Below are positions 1 to 8,467 of a DNA stretch of 64,000 nt, one piece after another. The number at the start of each line of letters is the position of its first letter. Position 1 is the first letter of the stretch. A program made the position numbers and the translations under genes. The notes under the pieces are model-generated. The model saw only the letters and a list, made by a program, of their open reading frames with translations. It searched no databases and was not told the DNA's origin. The stretch is from Alphaproteobacteria bacterium (GTDB lineage: Bacteria; Pseudomonadota; Alphaproteobacteria; JAPOUT01; G958296285), in the NCBI GenBank assembly GCA_965204775.1, contig CBDBFH010000029.1, forward strand, positions 184,468 to 248,467, given 5' to 3'.

Positions 1-993
1 AACCGCGCCGGGATCGCGCTGATGGAGATCGTCTCCCGTCCCGACATGCGCTCCGCCGCCGGGGCGCAGGCCTATATGCGCAAATTGCGCACCCTCCTGC
101 GCTATCTCGAAGTGTGCGACGGCAATATGGAGCAGGGCTCGCTGCGCGCCGACCTCAATGTTTCCGTCCGCCGCCCCGGCGAAGAAATGGGAACGCGCTG
201 CGAAATCAAGAACGTCAATTCCATCCGCTTCATCGGGCAGGCGGCCAACTATGAAGCGCGCCGCCAAATCGCCCTGATCGAGTCGGGCGGGAAGGTTCTC
301 CAGCAGACCCGCCTGTTCGATCCGGCCCGCGGCGCGACCCGGACCATGCGCTCGAAAGAGGAGGCGCATGATTACCGCTACTTCCCCGACCCCGATCTGC
401 CTCCTCTCGTCGTGACGTCGCAGAAGGTCGAGGCGCTCGCCGCCGGACTCCCCGAATTGCCCGACGCCAAAAAGAAGCGCTTCATCGAATCCTACGGTCT
501 GCCGGCTTATGACGCCTCGGTTCTGACCGCCGCGCGCGCCCATGCCGACTTCTTCGAGCAGGCTGCACAGGGCCATGATCCCAAAGCGGTCGCCAACTGG
601 ATGCTCGGCGACTTCTTCGGCGCGCTCAACAAGGCGGGCCTCGATATCAGCGAACAAAAAATCGCTCCCCAACAGCTGGGAAGCCTCTGTGCGCTCATCG
701 CCGAGGGAATCATATCGGGCCGAATCGCCAAGCAGGTTTTCGAAATTATGTTCAAAACCGGACAGGACCCGGCGCAAATTGTCGAAGAAAAGGGCTGGCG
801 GCAGGTCAGCGATGAAGGCGCAATTGACTCTCTTGTCGAACAGGTTCTCGCTGCACATCCCGACAAGGCGCAGCTCGCCCGCAACAAGCCGCAGCTGCTT
901 GGCTGGTTTGTCGGCCAGGCCATGAAATCCAGTTCTGGCAAGGCGAATCCGGCAAGTGTAAACAAAGTCTTGCGAAAAAAACTGGACCTCTGA
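1..993 (+). CDS. gatB: Asp-tRNA(Asn)/Glu-tRNA(Gln) amidotransferase subunit B, C-terminal part (5' end outside window)
   Basis: Translation matches the GatB catalytic core and the C-terminal GatB/YqeY domain ([26 protein letters not shown]). The ORF is open to position 1. Confidence 0.9.
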   Translation, partial: NRAGIALMEIVSRPDMRSAAGAQAYMRKLRTLLRYLEVCDGNMEQGSLRADLNVSVRRPGEEMGTRCEIKNVNSIRFIGQAANYEARRQIALIESGGKVLQQTRLFDPARGATRTMRSKEEAHDYRYFPDPDLPPLVVTSQKVEALAAGLPELPDAKKKRFIESYGLPAYDASVLTAARAHADFFEQAAQGHDPKAVANWMLGDFFGALNKAGLDISEQKIAPQQLGSLCALIAEGIISGRIAKQVFEIMFKTGQDPAQIVEEKGWRQVSDEGAIDSLVEQVLAAHPDKAQLARNKPQLLGWFVGQAMKSSSGKANPASVNKVLRKKLDL

Positions 994-1290
994 ACGCCTG
1001 CGCACTGCGCATTCGGCAGAGATTGGGAAACATCCGAAGCCGAAAAATCATCCGCCCGCACATGACGCAACAGATGCGTTCGCGCAAAAAAATGCGAAAA
1101 TTGTTGCTCTATTTATTTTTTTGCGCATAGTTTCGGCGAATCATGATTCTTTTCTCTTTTGGCGGCGTGGATGATTTGATCATTCGGTGAAATGTTTCCG
1201 TCGCCGTCGGGAGTTTCGGATTGCATCATGCTCCAGCACTCTCGGCTTTCGAGAGACAAGATTGACGAAACCTGAAAAGGGGTGTTCACC

Positions 1291-1575
1291 ATGCCTGTAC
1301 GTAAAAGGTCAGCCAAGCGCAAGGCTCCGGCCAAGCGCAAGACCGCCAAGCGGAAAGTCGCCAAGCGCAAGGTCGCGAAGCGCAAGACCGCCAAGCGGAA
1401 AGTCGCGAAGCGGAAGACCGCCAAGCGCAAGACCGCCAAGCGGAAAGTCGCAAAGCGCAAGACCGCCAAGCGGAAGGTCGCCAAGCGCAAGACCGCCAAG
1501 CGGAAAGTCGCGAAGCGGAAGACCGCCAAGCGCAAGACCGCAAGGCGCAAAACCGCAAGGCGGAAGAGCGCCTAG
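1291..1575 (+). CDS. Lys/Ala-rich histone H1-like nucleoid protein built from AKRKT/AKRKV pentapeptide repeats
   Basis: ATG at 1291 is preceded by AAAAGGGG; the 94-aa product is almost entirely (A/T/V)AKRK repeats; resembles bacterial histone H1/Hc-like proteins. Confidence 0.55.
   Translation: MPVRKRSAKRKAPAKRKTAKRKVAKRKVAKRKTAKRKVAKRKTAKRKTAKRKVAKRKTAKRKVAKRKTAKRKVAKRKTAKRKTARRKTARRKSA
1310..1570 (+). repeat. About 17 tandem copies of a 15-bp in-frame unit (gccaagcgcaagacc / gccaagcggaaagtc)
   Basis: Periodicity is directly visible in the sequence; encodes the AKRK(T/V) repeats. Confidence 0.85.
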
Positions 1576-1586
1576 GCGCTCCACCG

Positions 1587-2351
1587 ATGGCAGTGGCAAA
1601 AAAGAAGAGAGCGCGCGGCGCTGCAAAGCCCGCGCGCTCCTCTTCGCCTCCTCCGGTCGAACTCTATTACTGGCCGACCCCGAATGGCTGGAAGATTTCG
1701 ATTATGCTTGAGGAGTGCAAACTCCCCTATGTAATGAAGCCGGTTAATATCGGGGCCGGGGAGCAGTTCAAGCGCTCGTTTCTGAAATTTTCGCCGAACA
1801 ACCGAATGCCGGCGCTCATTGATCCGAAGGGTCCGGGGGGGCGTCCGATTGCGATTTTCGAGTCGGGGGCCATCCTGCAATATCTGGGCCGCAAGACGGG
1901 CCGGTTCTATCCCGCCGGAGAGCGGGGCCAGGTTGCGGTCGATCAGTGGCTGTTCTGGCAGATGGGCGGATTGGGCCCAATGGCCGGACAGGCCCATCAC
2001 TTCCGCTTCTATGCCGCAGAGAGGAAACTCGTCTACGCCGTCAAGCGCTACACCGACGAGGTCAACCGCCTCTATGGAGTCATGGACAGGCAGCTGAAAA
2101 AGAACAGCTGGCTCGCCGGGCCGCGCTACTCCATTGCCGACATGGCCGCCTGGCCCTGGGTCGTGCCGTGGAAAATGCAGGGCCAGGAGATCGACGACTT
2201 CCCCGCGCTGCGCAAATGGTTCGACCGCATCCGCGCCCGCCCCGCCGTCCAGCGCGGCATGGCGCTGGGCGCCGACTTGCGCAATCGCCCGCAGACCAAG
2301 ACAGAGCAGGAAAAGGCCCGGAAAATCCTCTTCGGCCAGCGCGCCCGCTAA
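1587..2351 (+). CDS. Glutathione S-transferase, Nu class (YfcG/YghU-like disulfide-bond reductase)
   Basis: ELYYWPTPNGWKISIMLEE..FESGAIL..WLFWQMGGLGPM..SIADMAAWPWV aligns with E. coli YfcG/YghU. Confidence 0.85.
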   Translation: MAVAKKKRARGAAKPARSSSPPPVELYYWPTPNGWKISIMLEECKLPYVMKPVNIGAGEQFKRSFLKFSPNNRMPALIDPKGPGGRPIAIFESGAILQYLGRKTGRFYPAGERGQVAVDQWLFWQMGGLGPMAGQAHHFRFYAAERKLVYAVKRYTDEVNRLYGVMDRQLKKNSWLAGPRYSIADMAAWPWVVPWKMQGQEIDDFPALRKWFDRIRARPAVQRGMALGADLRNRPQTKTEQEKARKILFGQRAR

Positions 2352-2463
2352 ACGCCGCCGGATAACGTGTTTTTCCCCGCCGTTCGGGCTATAACGCCCT
2401 GAAACGCCCCTGAGATAATCTTGAAACGCTCTTGAAACGCTCTGGGCAAATGCGGAGACAGGC

Positions 2464-3330
2464 ATGGCCGAAGCGCTTGGCGATCTGATCAGCCTGCTCG
2501 ATCTGGAAGACATCGAGCGCAATCTGTTCCGGGGCCGCTCGCCGGAAGACTACTTTTCGCGCGTCTTCGGCGGTCAGGTGCTGGGGCAGGCGCTGGTCGC
2601 CGCTTCGCGCACCATCGAAGGCGCGCGCGCCTGCCATTCGCTCCATGCCTATTTTCTGCGCCCCGGCGACCCCAAAATCCCGATCCTCTACGAAGTCGTG
2701 CGCAGCCGCGACGGGCGCAGCTTCTCCTCGCGCCGCGTGATTGCAATCCAGAAGGGCGAGGAGATTTTTCACATGTCCGCCTCGTTCCAGGAAGAGCAGA
2801 CCGGCCTCGACCACGCCGTCGCCATGCCCCCGAATGTGCCGGAGCCCGGCGCAGTCCGGGAAGAAATGACCCGGCGCAAGGAAATCCTCGCCAAAGTGCC
2901 CAAAGAGATAGCCACGCATTTTATCCACGAGCGCCCCATCGAATTGCGCCCCGTCAACCCGGTCGATTTTTTCGATCCCAGGCCCAGCCTTGACCCGCAA
3001 TATGTCTGGTTTCGGGCCGTCAAGCCTTTGCCCGGCGATCCGCATATCCATTTATGCGTCCTCGCCTATGCCTCGGACATGACCCTGCTCGACACCTCGC
3101 TGACCCCGCACGGACTCAGCTGGTTTTCCGGCAAGGTCAAAATGGCCAGCATCGATCACGCGATGTGGTTCCACCGCCCGTTCCGGGCCGACCGGTGGCT
3201 GCTCTACGTCCAGGACAGCCCCAGCGCCAGCGCCGCGCGCGGCTTCAACCGCGGCCTGATCTATGCGCAGGACGGAACCCTCGTCGCCTCGGTCGCGCAG
3301 GAAGGGCTGATGCGGGTCGCCGGCGTTTAG
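2464..3330 (+). CDS. tesB: Acyl-CoA thioesterase II
   Basis: Double hot-dog TesB signature (LDLE..ERNLFRG, YFLRPGDP, QDGTLVAS). Confidence 0.85.
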   Translation: MAEALGDLISLLDLEDIERNLFRGRSPEDYFSRVFGGQVLGQALVAASRTIEGARACHSLHAYFLRPGDPKIPILYEVVRSRDGRSFSSRRVIAIQKGEEIFHMSASFQEEQTGLDHAVAMPPNVPEPGAVREEMTRRKEILAKVPKEIATHFIHERPIELRPVNPVDFFDPRPSLDPQYVWFRAVKPLPGDPHIHLCVLAYASDMTLLDTSLTPHGLSWFSGKVKMASIDHAMWFHRPFRADRWLLYVQDSPSASAARGFNRGLIYAQDGTLVASVAQEGLMRVAGV

Positions 3331-5507
3331 GCGTCTTCCCCTTTCCCCAGAACAATATTGTGCCCCAGATGGGAGGCCAGCGCCTGCAGCAGCTCGCAGG
3401 CCGCATCGGGCAGACTGGTTCCGGGCGGGAAGACCGCCTTGACCCCGGCGGCACGCAATGCGGGAATGTCGCTTGGCGGAATGATCCCCCCGGCGGCCAG
3501 CATGATCTGTCCTGCGCCGGTCTCGTCGAGGGCGGCGCGCAATTCGGGCATGAACACCAGATGTCCGGCGGCCAGCGAACTCACCGCCAGAATATGAACC
3601 TTTTCCTCACGCGCCTGCCGGGCGGCTTCCGCCGGAGTCTGAAACAAAGGCCCGGCAATCACCTCAAAGCCCAGATCGCCCAGCGCCGCCGCCGCCGCCT
3701 TCTGTCCCCGGTCATGGCCGTCCTGGCCCAGTTTGGCAATCAGAATGCGCGGGCGGAAGCCGATCCGCTTCTCAAACGCCTCAAATTGGGCGGCGGCGGC
3801 GGCCAGTCCGGGGCCCTCCGCCGCCTCCAGGTAAACCCCGGAGGCCATGCGCGGCTTCGCCTCATGCCGCCCGAAAACCTTCTCCATCGCCTGCGTCATC
3901 TCGCCGACGCTGGCCATCGCCTGCGCCGCCTCGACACAGGCCGCAAGCAGATTGCCCGATCCCCCGGCGGCGCAGCGGGTCAAGGCGTCAAGCGTCTCCT
4001 GTGTCCTGCCGCCGTCGCGCGCGGCGCGCAGAGCCTCAAGCCGCGAAACCTGCTTTTGCAAAACCACGCTGTTGTCGATCCGGCGTGTGGCGATCCCGCT
4101 CTCCCCGCTCCGGCGGCCTTCGCTCCGGTGACAATTGACGCCGATGATCTCGCGCCGCCCGGAATCAATCCGGGCCTGCGCCCGGGCCGCCGCCTCCTCA
4201 ATGCGGCGCTGCGGCAGGCCCTCGGCAATCGCCTGCGTCATGCCCCCCGCCGCCTCCACCTCGGCAATATGCGCCCGCGCCCGTCCGGCCAGCGCCCGCG
4301 TCAGGCGCTCAATGTGATAACTGCCCCCCCAGGGATCAATCACCCGGCAGGCGTCGCTCTCCTCTTGCAGGAAGAGCTGCGTGTCGCGGGCGATCCGGGC
4401 GCTGAAATCGGTGGGCAGCGCCAGCGCCTCGTCCAGCGCATTCGTGTGCAGCGACTGCGCCCCCCCCTGCACCGCCGCCATCGCCTCGACGCAGGTGCGC
4501 ACAACATTGTTGAACGGCTCATCCGCCGCCAGACTCCAGCCGGACGTCTGGCAGTGGGCGCGCAGCATCAGCGAGCGCGGGTCGCGCGCCCCGAAGGATT
4601 TCATGATCTGCGCCCAGAGCAGGCGGGCGGCCCGCATTTTGGCCGCCTCAATCAGCGCATCCATGCCGATCCCCCAGAAAAAGGAAAAGCGCGGGGCAAA
4701 GGAGTCAATCGGCAGGCCCGCCGCGCAGGCGGCGCGGACGTAATCCATGCCGTCGGCGAGGGTGTAGGCCAGTTCCAGATCGGCGGTCGCCCCGGCTTCC
4801 TGCATGTGGTAGCCGGAAATCGAAATCGCGTTGAAGCGCGGCATGTGACGGGCGGTGTGGGCGACAATATCGGCGACGATCCGCATCGAAGACTCCGGCG
4901 GATAGATATACGTGTTGCGAACCATGAACTCCTTGAGAATGTCGTTCTGGATCGTGCCGGTGAGTTTTTCATCGGCCACGCCCTGCTCCCGCGCCGCCGC
5001 AATATAGAGCGCCATGACCGGGCAGACCGCGCCGTTCATGGTCATCGAAACGCTCATCGACTCCAGAGGAATTCCTTCGAAGAGGCGCTGCATGTCGAGC
5101 AGCGAGTCGATGGCCACCCCGGCCATGCCGACATCGGCGGAAACACGGGGGTGGTCGGAGTCGTAGCCGCGATGGGTCGCCAGATCGAAAGCCACCGACA
5201 GGCCCTTCTGCCCGGCGGCGAGGTTGCGCCGGTAGAAGGCGTTGCTCTCTTCGGCGGTCGAGTAACCGGCATATTGGCGGATCGTCCAGGGACGCACGAC
5301 ATACATGCCTGGATAGGGCCCGCGCAAAAAAGGCGCAATGCCGGGCCATGACCGGGCGGGCTGCTCTTCCCCCGGCCCGTCGGCGGAAAACAGCGCAAGG
5401 CCCTCCTCGCTTTCCATGCTTTGGCGCGGCGGCGCATTCACCCCGCCTCGCCGCCCGGCAAAAAGAGGCAGGGCGGAAAAATCGGGAATTGCGCTCATGG
5501 CGCTCAT
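3327..5507 (-). CDS. mutB: Methylmalonyl-CoA mutase large (alpha) subunit with C-terminal B12-binding domain
   Basis: PWTIRQYAGYSTAEESNAFYRRNLAAGQKGLSVAFDL and the C-terminal cobalamin-binding Rossmann region; 4-bp overlap with upstream mutA. Confidence 0.9.
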   Translation of the reverse strand: MSAMSAIPDFSALPLFAGRRGGVNAPPRQSMESEEGLALFSADGPGEEQPARSWPGIAPFLRGPYPGMYVVRPWTIRQYAGYSTAEESNAFYRRNLAAGQKGLSVAFDLATHRGYDSDHPRVSADVGMAGVAIDSLLDMQRLFEGIPLESMSVSMTMNGAVCPVMALYIAAAREQGVADEKLTGTIQNDILKEFMVRNTYIYPPESSMRIVADIVAHTARHMPRFNAISISGYHMQEAGATADLELAYTLADGMDYVRAACAAGLPIDSFAPRFSFFWGIGMDALIEAAKMRAARLLWAQIMKSFGARDPRSLMLRAHCQTSGWSLAADEPFNNVVRTCVEAMAAVQGGAQSLHTNALDEALALPTDFSARIARDTQLFLQEESDACRVIDPWGGSYHIERLTRALAGRARAHIAEVEAAGGMTQAIAEGLPQRRIEEAAARAQARIDSGRREIIGVNCHRSEGRRSGESGIATRRIDNSVVLQKQVSRLEALRAARDGGRTQETLDALTRCAAGGSGNLLAACVEAAQAMASVGEMTQAMEKVFGRHEAKPRMASGVYLEAAEGPGLAAAAAQFEAFEKRIGFRPRILIAKLGQDGHDRGQKAAAAALGDLGFEVIAGPLFQTPAEAARQAREEKVHILAVSSLAAGHLVFMPELRAALDETGAGQIMLAAGGIIPPSDIPALRAAGVKAVFPPGTSLPDAACELLQALASHLGHNIVLGKGEDA

Positions 5508-6640
5508 GGCTTCTTCCCTTCGGCGTTTTGGAAGAGCGCCCAGGCTTTTTCGGCGAGCATGCGGGTCAGATTCTCGACGTGCCAGGCCCCGCCCGCCGGA
5601 TCAAGTGTGCGGGCGAGGCGGGCTTCTTTTTGCAGGATCAATTGCGTGTTGCGGGCAAGCCGCCGGGGGTCGGCGCCGTCGGCGGGCGCGGCGGCGAAGG
5701 GGCGGGTGGTGAGGTCGTCGGCTCCGGCGCAGGCCGCCGCAAACGCCGCCGTGGTGACCCGCAGCGCGTTGGTGTGCGGCTCTTCGGCGGCCATCATCCT
5801 TTGCGAGGTGAACAGGTGGAGGCGCATGGCGTGAGGGTCGCCGCCGCAGCTTTCCAGAACCCGGCCCCAGACAAGGCGCGCCGCGCGAATCTTGGCGATG
5901 CTTCCGAAGCAGTCCTGATCGGCGGCGAGGCTCAGGCGGATCAGTCCGGCGGCTTCCGGCGGCGGCAGTCCGGCGCGCTCCAGCGCCCGCAGCGCCGCCG
6001 CGCCGCTTTCCAGCACAAACCCCAGCTCCTGCGCCGGAGTCGCGCCCGCCTCGTGCCGGGCGTGGCCGGCGGCGAGAAAGATCGTATCCGGCGCGCGGCG
6101 CGCGGCGAGGCCGAATCTTGCCGCTTCGTCGGAGGCGGCAAGGTCAAAATGAATGCGCCCCGGAGAGTCGATCCGCCCCTGTTTGACCGCCTCGGCCAGA
6201 CTTTGCGCCTCCTCCGGGGCGGCGTCTTCGAGGCTGAGGGCGGCGCCGTTCAGGGGCAGGCCTTCGAGAACCGGCGCGAAGGGAGCGTCGAGGACAAGGC
6301 GAATGGCCCCAGCGGAATGCGCAAGGTCCTCGGCAATGCGGGAGCGGGAGTCCGGCGCGCCGGTTTCGTGCAATTGGTGGATGCGCCAGGGCGCAGGGGT
6401 CTGGTGGACGCCCCGCGTCCAGGGCGGCTGACCCGGCCAGCCGGAATCCGCGCCGTCCTCCGTCTGTGCGCCAAGCGGGGGAAGGATCAGGCCGTCGGGC
6501 GTCTGACGGGCCAGCGCCTCCGGGGCGCGTCCGGCGCTGGCCTTCTCAAAGGCCCCCGCCCAGTCCGCATAGCCGGCGGGGGGGAAATCCTCCGCCGGGG
6601 AAAAGCCCATTTTGCCGTTCCCGCTCATGCCCCCGATCAT
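5504..6640 (-). CDS. mutA: Methylmalonyl-CoA mutase small (beta) subunit, short form
   Basis: Matches the MutA N-terminal (beta/alpha)8 region; the stop is coupled to mutB. Several in-frame Met codons sit near the 5' end (true start uncertain). Only 378 aa. Confidence 0.7.
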   Translation of the reverse strand: MIGGMSGNGKMGFSPAEDFPPAGYADWAGAFEKASAGRAPEALARQTPDGLILPPLGAQTEDGADSGWPGQPPWTRGVHQTPAPWRIHQLHETGAPDSRSRIAEDLAHSAGAIRLVLDAPFAPVLEGLPLNGAALSLEDAAPEEAQSLAEAVKQGRIDSPGRIHFDLAASDEAARFGLAARRAPDTIFLAAGHARHEAGATPAQELGFVLESGAAALRALERAGLPPPEAAGLIRLSLAADQDCFGSIAKIRAARLVWGRVLESCGGDPHAMRLHLFTSQRMMAAEEPHTNALRVTTAAFAAACAGADDLTTRPFAAAPADGADPRRLARNTQLILQKEARLARTLDPAGGAWHVENLTRMLAEKAWALFQNAEGKKP

Positions 6641-6656
6641 AACCGATCAGAAGGCA

Positions 6657-7916
6657 TTATGGCCGGGGAGAGATCGCCGGTTTGCCGTATATTCGGGCGA
6701 GCGGCGCGGGCAGTTCGATTGTGCCGTCCGCTTTCTGGTTGTTTTCGAGGAGGGCGATCATCGTGCGCCCGGCGGCGAGGGCGGTCCCGTTGAGGGTGTG
6801 AAGAAAGGCGGGCCGTGCGCCTTCGGCCTCGCGCCAGCGCAGGCGCAGGCGGCGCGCCTGATAGTCGGTGCAATTGCTGGCGCTGGTGATCTCGCAAAAC
6901 GCCCCGCCGGAGCCGCGCCCGGGCATCCAGGCTTCAAGGTCGTATTTGCGGAAGGCGGGCGCGCCCAGATCGCCGCTCGCGACATCAACCACCCGGTAGG
7001 GCAGGGCGAGGCCGTCGAAGATCCGGCGCTCGATGCGCAGGAGATTCTCGTGCTCGGCCTCGCTGTCTTCGGGGCGGCAGAGGACGACCATCTCCACTTT
7101 CGAGAACTGGTGAACCCGAAAGAGGCCCCGCGTCGCCCGCCCCGCCGCCCGCTCCGGGCGGTAGCACTGGCTGATCCCCCCCAGCCGAAGCGGCAGGTCG
7201 CGGGCGGACAGAATCTCCCCGGCATGGAGGCCGCAGAGCGGTATCTCAGAGGTGGCGATCAGGTGGAGGCCACTGTCCGCGACGGCATAGGCGTTGGCCT
7301 CCTCGCCGCGGGGAGCGTAGCCGGCTCCGGCGAGAATCTCGGTCTTGACGAGTTCCGGGGTCGCGTGAAGGGCGAAGCCTTCATCCTCGATAATGCCCAG
7401 CGCGTAGTCCTGCAGCGCCCGTTCCAGCCGAACCGCAGGCCCCTTGAGATAGAAAAACCCCGGACCGGAAACCCGGCTGGCAGCGGCAAAGTCGAACAGA
7501 CCGGCCATTTCCCCCAATTCCACGTGGTCGCGGGGGGGGAAGCCGAAAGCGGGAATCTCCCCGCTCCGGGCGATTTCCCGCGAGGCGCTTTCATCCGGGC
7601 CGGTCGGAGTCTGCGGATGAACGAGATTGGGGATCGCGCGCCAGATTTGCCCGGCCTCCTCTTCGACCGCCGCCAGTTCGGCCTCGGACGCTTTCTTGCG
7701 CAGCCGCGCCTTGCGCGCCGCCTCGCGCAGCTGCGCGTCCGCCGCGCGCCGGGCCAGCGCCTTGATCTCCCGGTTGATCGCCTGAAGCCCGGAGGTCAAA
7801 TGCCGCCGACGCTCTTCCAGCAGCCGAAAGCGGTCGAGGTCGCAGGCCATGTTCCGGTCGGCGACCGACCGGCGGACCTGCTCATGATTCTCAAAAATAA
7901 AACGCCGGTCGAGCAT
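6657..7916 (-). CDS. serS: Seryl-tRNA synthetase
   Basis: MLDRRFIFENHEQVRRS N-terminus and class II aaRS motifs. Start placed at the ATG at 7916 rather than the upstream TTG/ATG extension that would overlap the tRNA. Confidence 0.9.
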   Translation of the reverse strand: MLDRRFIFENHEQVRRSVADRNMACDLDRFRLLEERRRHLTSGLQAINREIKALARRAADAQLREAARKARLRKKASEAELAAVEEEAGQIWRAIPNLVHPQTPTGPDESASREIARSGEIPAFGFPPRDHVELGEMAGLFDFAAASRVSGPGFFYLKGPAVRLERALQDYALGIIEDEGFALHATPELVKTEILAGAGYAPRGEEANAYAVADSGLHLIATSEIPLCGLHAGEILSARDLPLRLGGISQCYRPERAAGRATRGLFRVHQFSKVEMVVLCRPEDSEAEHENLLRIERRIFDGLALPYRVVDVASGDLGAPAFRKYDLEAWMPGRGSGGAFCEITSASNCTDYQARRLRLRWREAEGARPAFLHTLNGTALAAGRTMIALLENNQKADGTIELPAPLARIYGKPAISPRP

Positions 7917-7935
7917 CTTCCCATCTGTGTCAGGC

Positions 7936-8231
7936 GCGGAGAGGGAGGGATTCGAACCCTCGAGGCGGCTCGACACCGCCTACTCCCTTAGCAGGGGAGC
8001 GCCTTCGACCACTCGGCCACCTCTCCCGGAACTCCAAACCCCGTGGATAACTGGTTGCGCCCCCGCGTTCAAGAATACCCGTTTCCGCCCGATTTATCTC
8101 CCGCCGATCAAGATCCGGTGAAAAAGCCCCGCCCGCTCCGGCAATCGCCTATGATGGGGCGGAGGGGCAGAGAGCCGTCCTGCCCGCGAGACCCCATGTC
8201 TGTTCAAGGGCCCGGCTCCCCGCCGGTTTCG
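7936..8231. repeat. Direct repeat copy 1 (tRNA-Ser plus ~200 bp of its 5' flank), about 90% identical to 9237-9534
   Basis: Copies aligned by eye: identical long blocks (gatttatctcccgccgatcaagatccggtgaaaaagccccgcccgctccggcaatcgcctatgatggggcggaggggcagagagccgtcctgcc). Confidence 0.8.
7937..8026 (-). tRNA. tRNA-Ser (anticodon GCU), long variable arm, CCA not encoded
   Basis: Perfect 7-bp acceptor stem GGAGAGG/CCTCTCC, anticodon loop CTGCTAA, T-loop TTCGAAT, 21-nt variable arm. Lies 20 bp upstream of serS on the same strand. Confidence 0.85.
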
Positions 8232-8467
8232 AGGCCGGCATCACGGGGCGCAAGCGCTTCCAGACCGCCGCGCGCAGCGCCATGGCCTTTGTCGAACTCA
8301 CCCCGGCGCGCAAAGCCGGAGACCCCCCCCGCTTCACCATCAATCCCCTCGCGCTCTGGACGCAAAGCGACCTCGAAGACTATGCAGCCAGCCGCCTGCC
8401 TGCCCGCCCGCCTTCGAGGAAGGCGGCGGAATCTGAAAAAACGCCCCTAAAAACCCTGCAGCGCTAA
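8231..8467 (+). pseudogene. 3' fragment of a PAPS-reductase family (CysH-like) gene, truncated at the repeat boundary
   Basis: Frame-2 translation ..FEAGITGRKRFQTAARSAMAFVEL..RFTINPLALWTQSDLEDYAASRLP aligns with the C-terminal ~70 aa of CysH ([46 protein letters not shown]). No 5' two-thirds present. Confidence 0.5.

Noticed and set aside
1113-1626. Minus-strand and alternative-frame ORFs across the 15-bp repeat (RLAVLRLAVFRF.., SARPPSGKS..)
   Set aside because: Artefacts of the tandem repeat being open in several frames. The plus-strand frame with an RBS and Lys-rich product is the plausible gene.
3054-5351. 765-aa ORF on the plus strand
   Set aside because: Entirely antisense to mutB, which has clear homology. 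Arg/Gly/Pro-rich, low-complexity translation typical of GC-rich antisense frames.
7927-8450. Small ORFs 7927-8121, 8043-8450 and their twins 9230-9424 / 9090-9353
   Set aside because: They lie within the duplicated tRNA-Ser/5'-flank repeat and overlap the tRNA itself; most likely non-coding promoter and tRNA sequence read through in a GC-rich frame.
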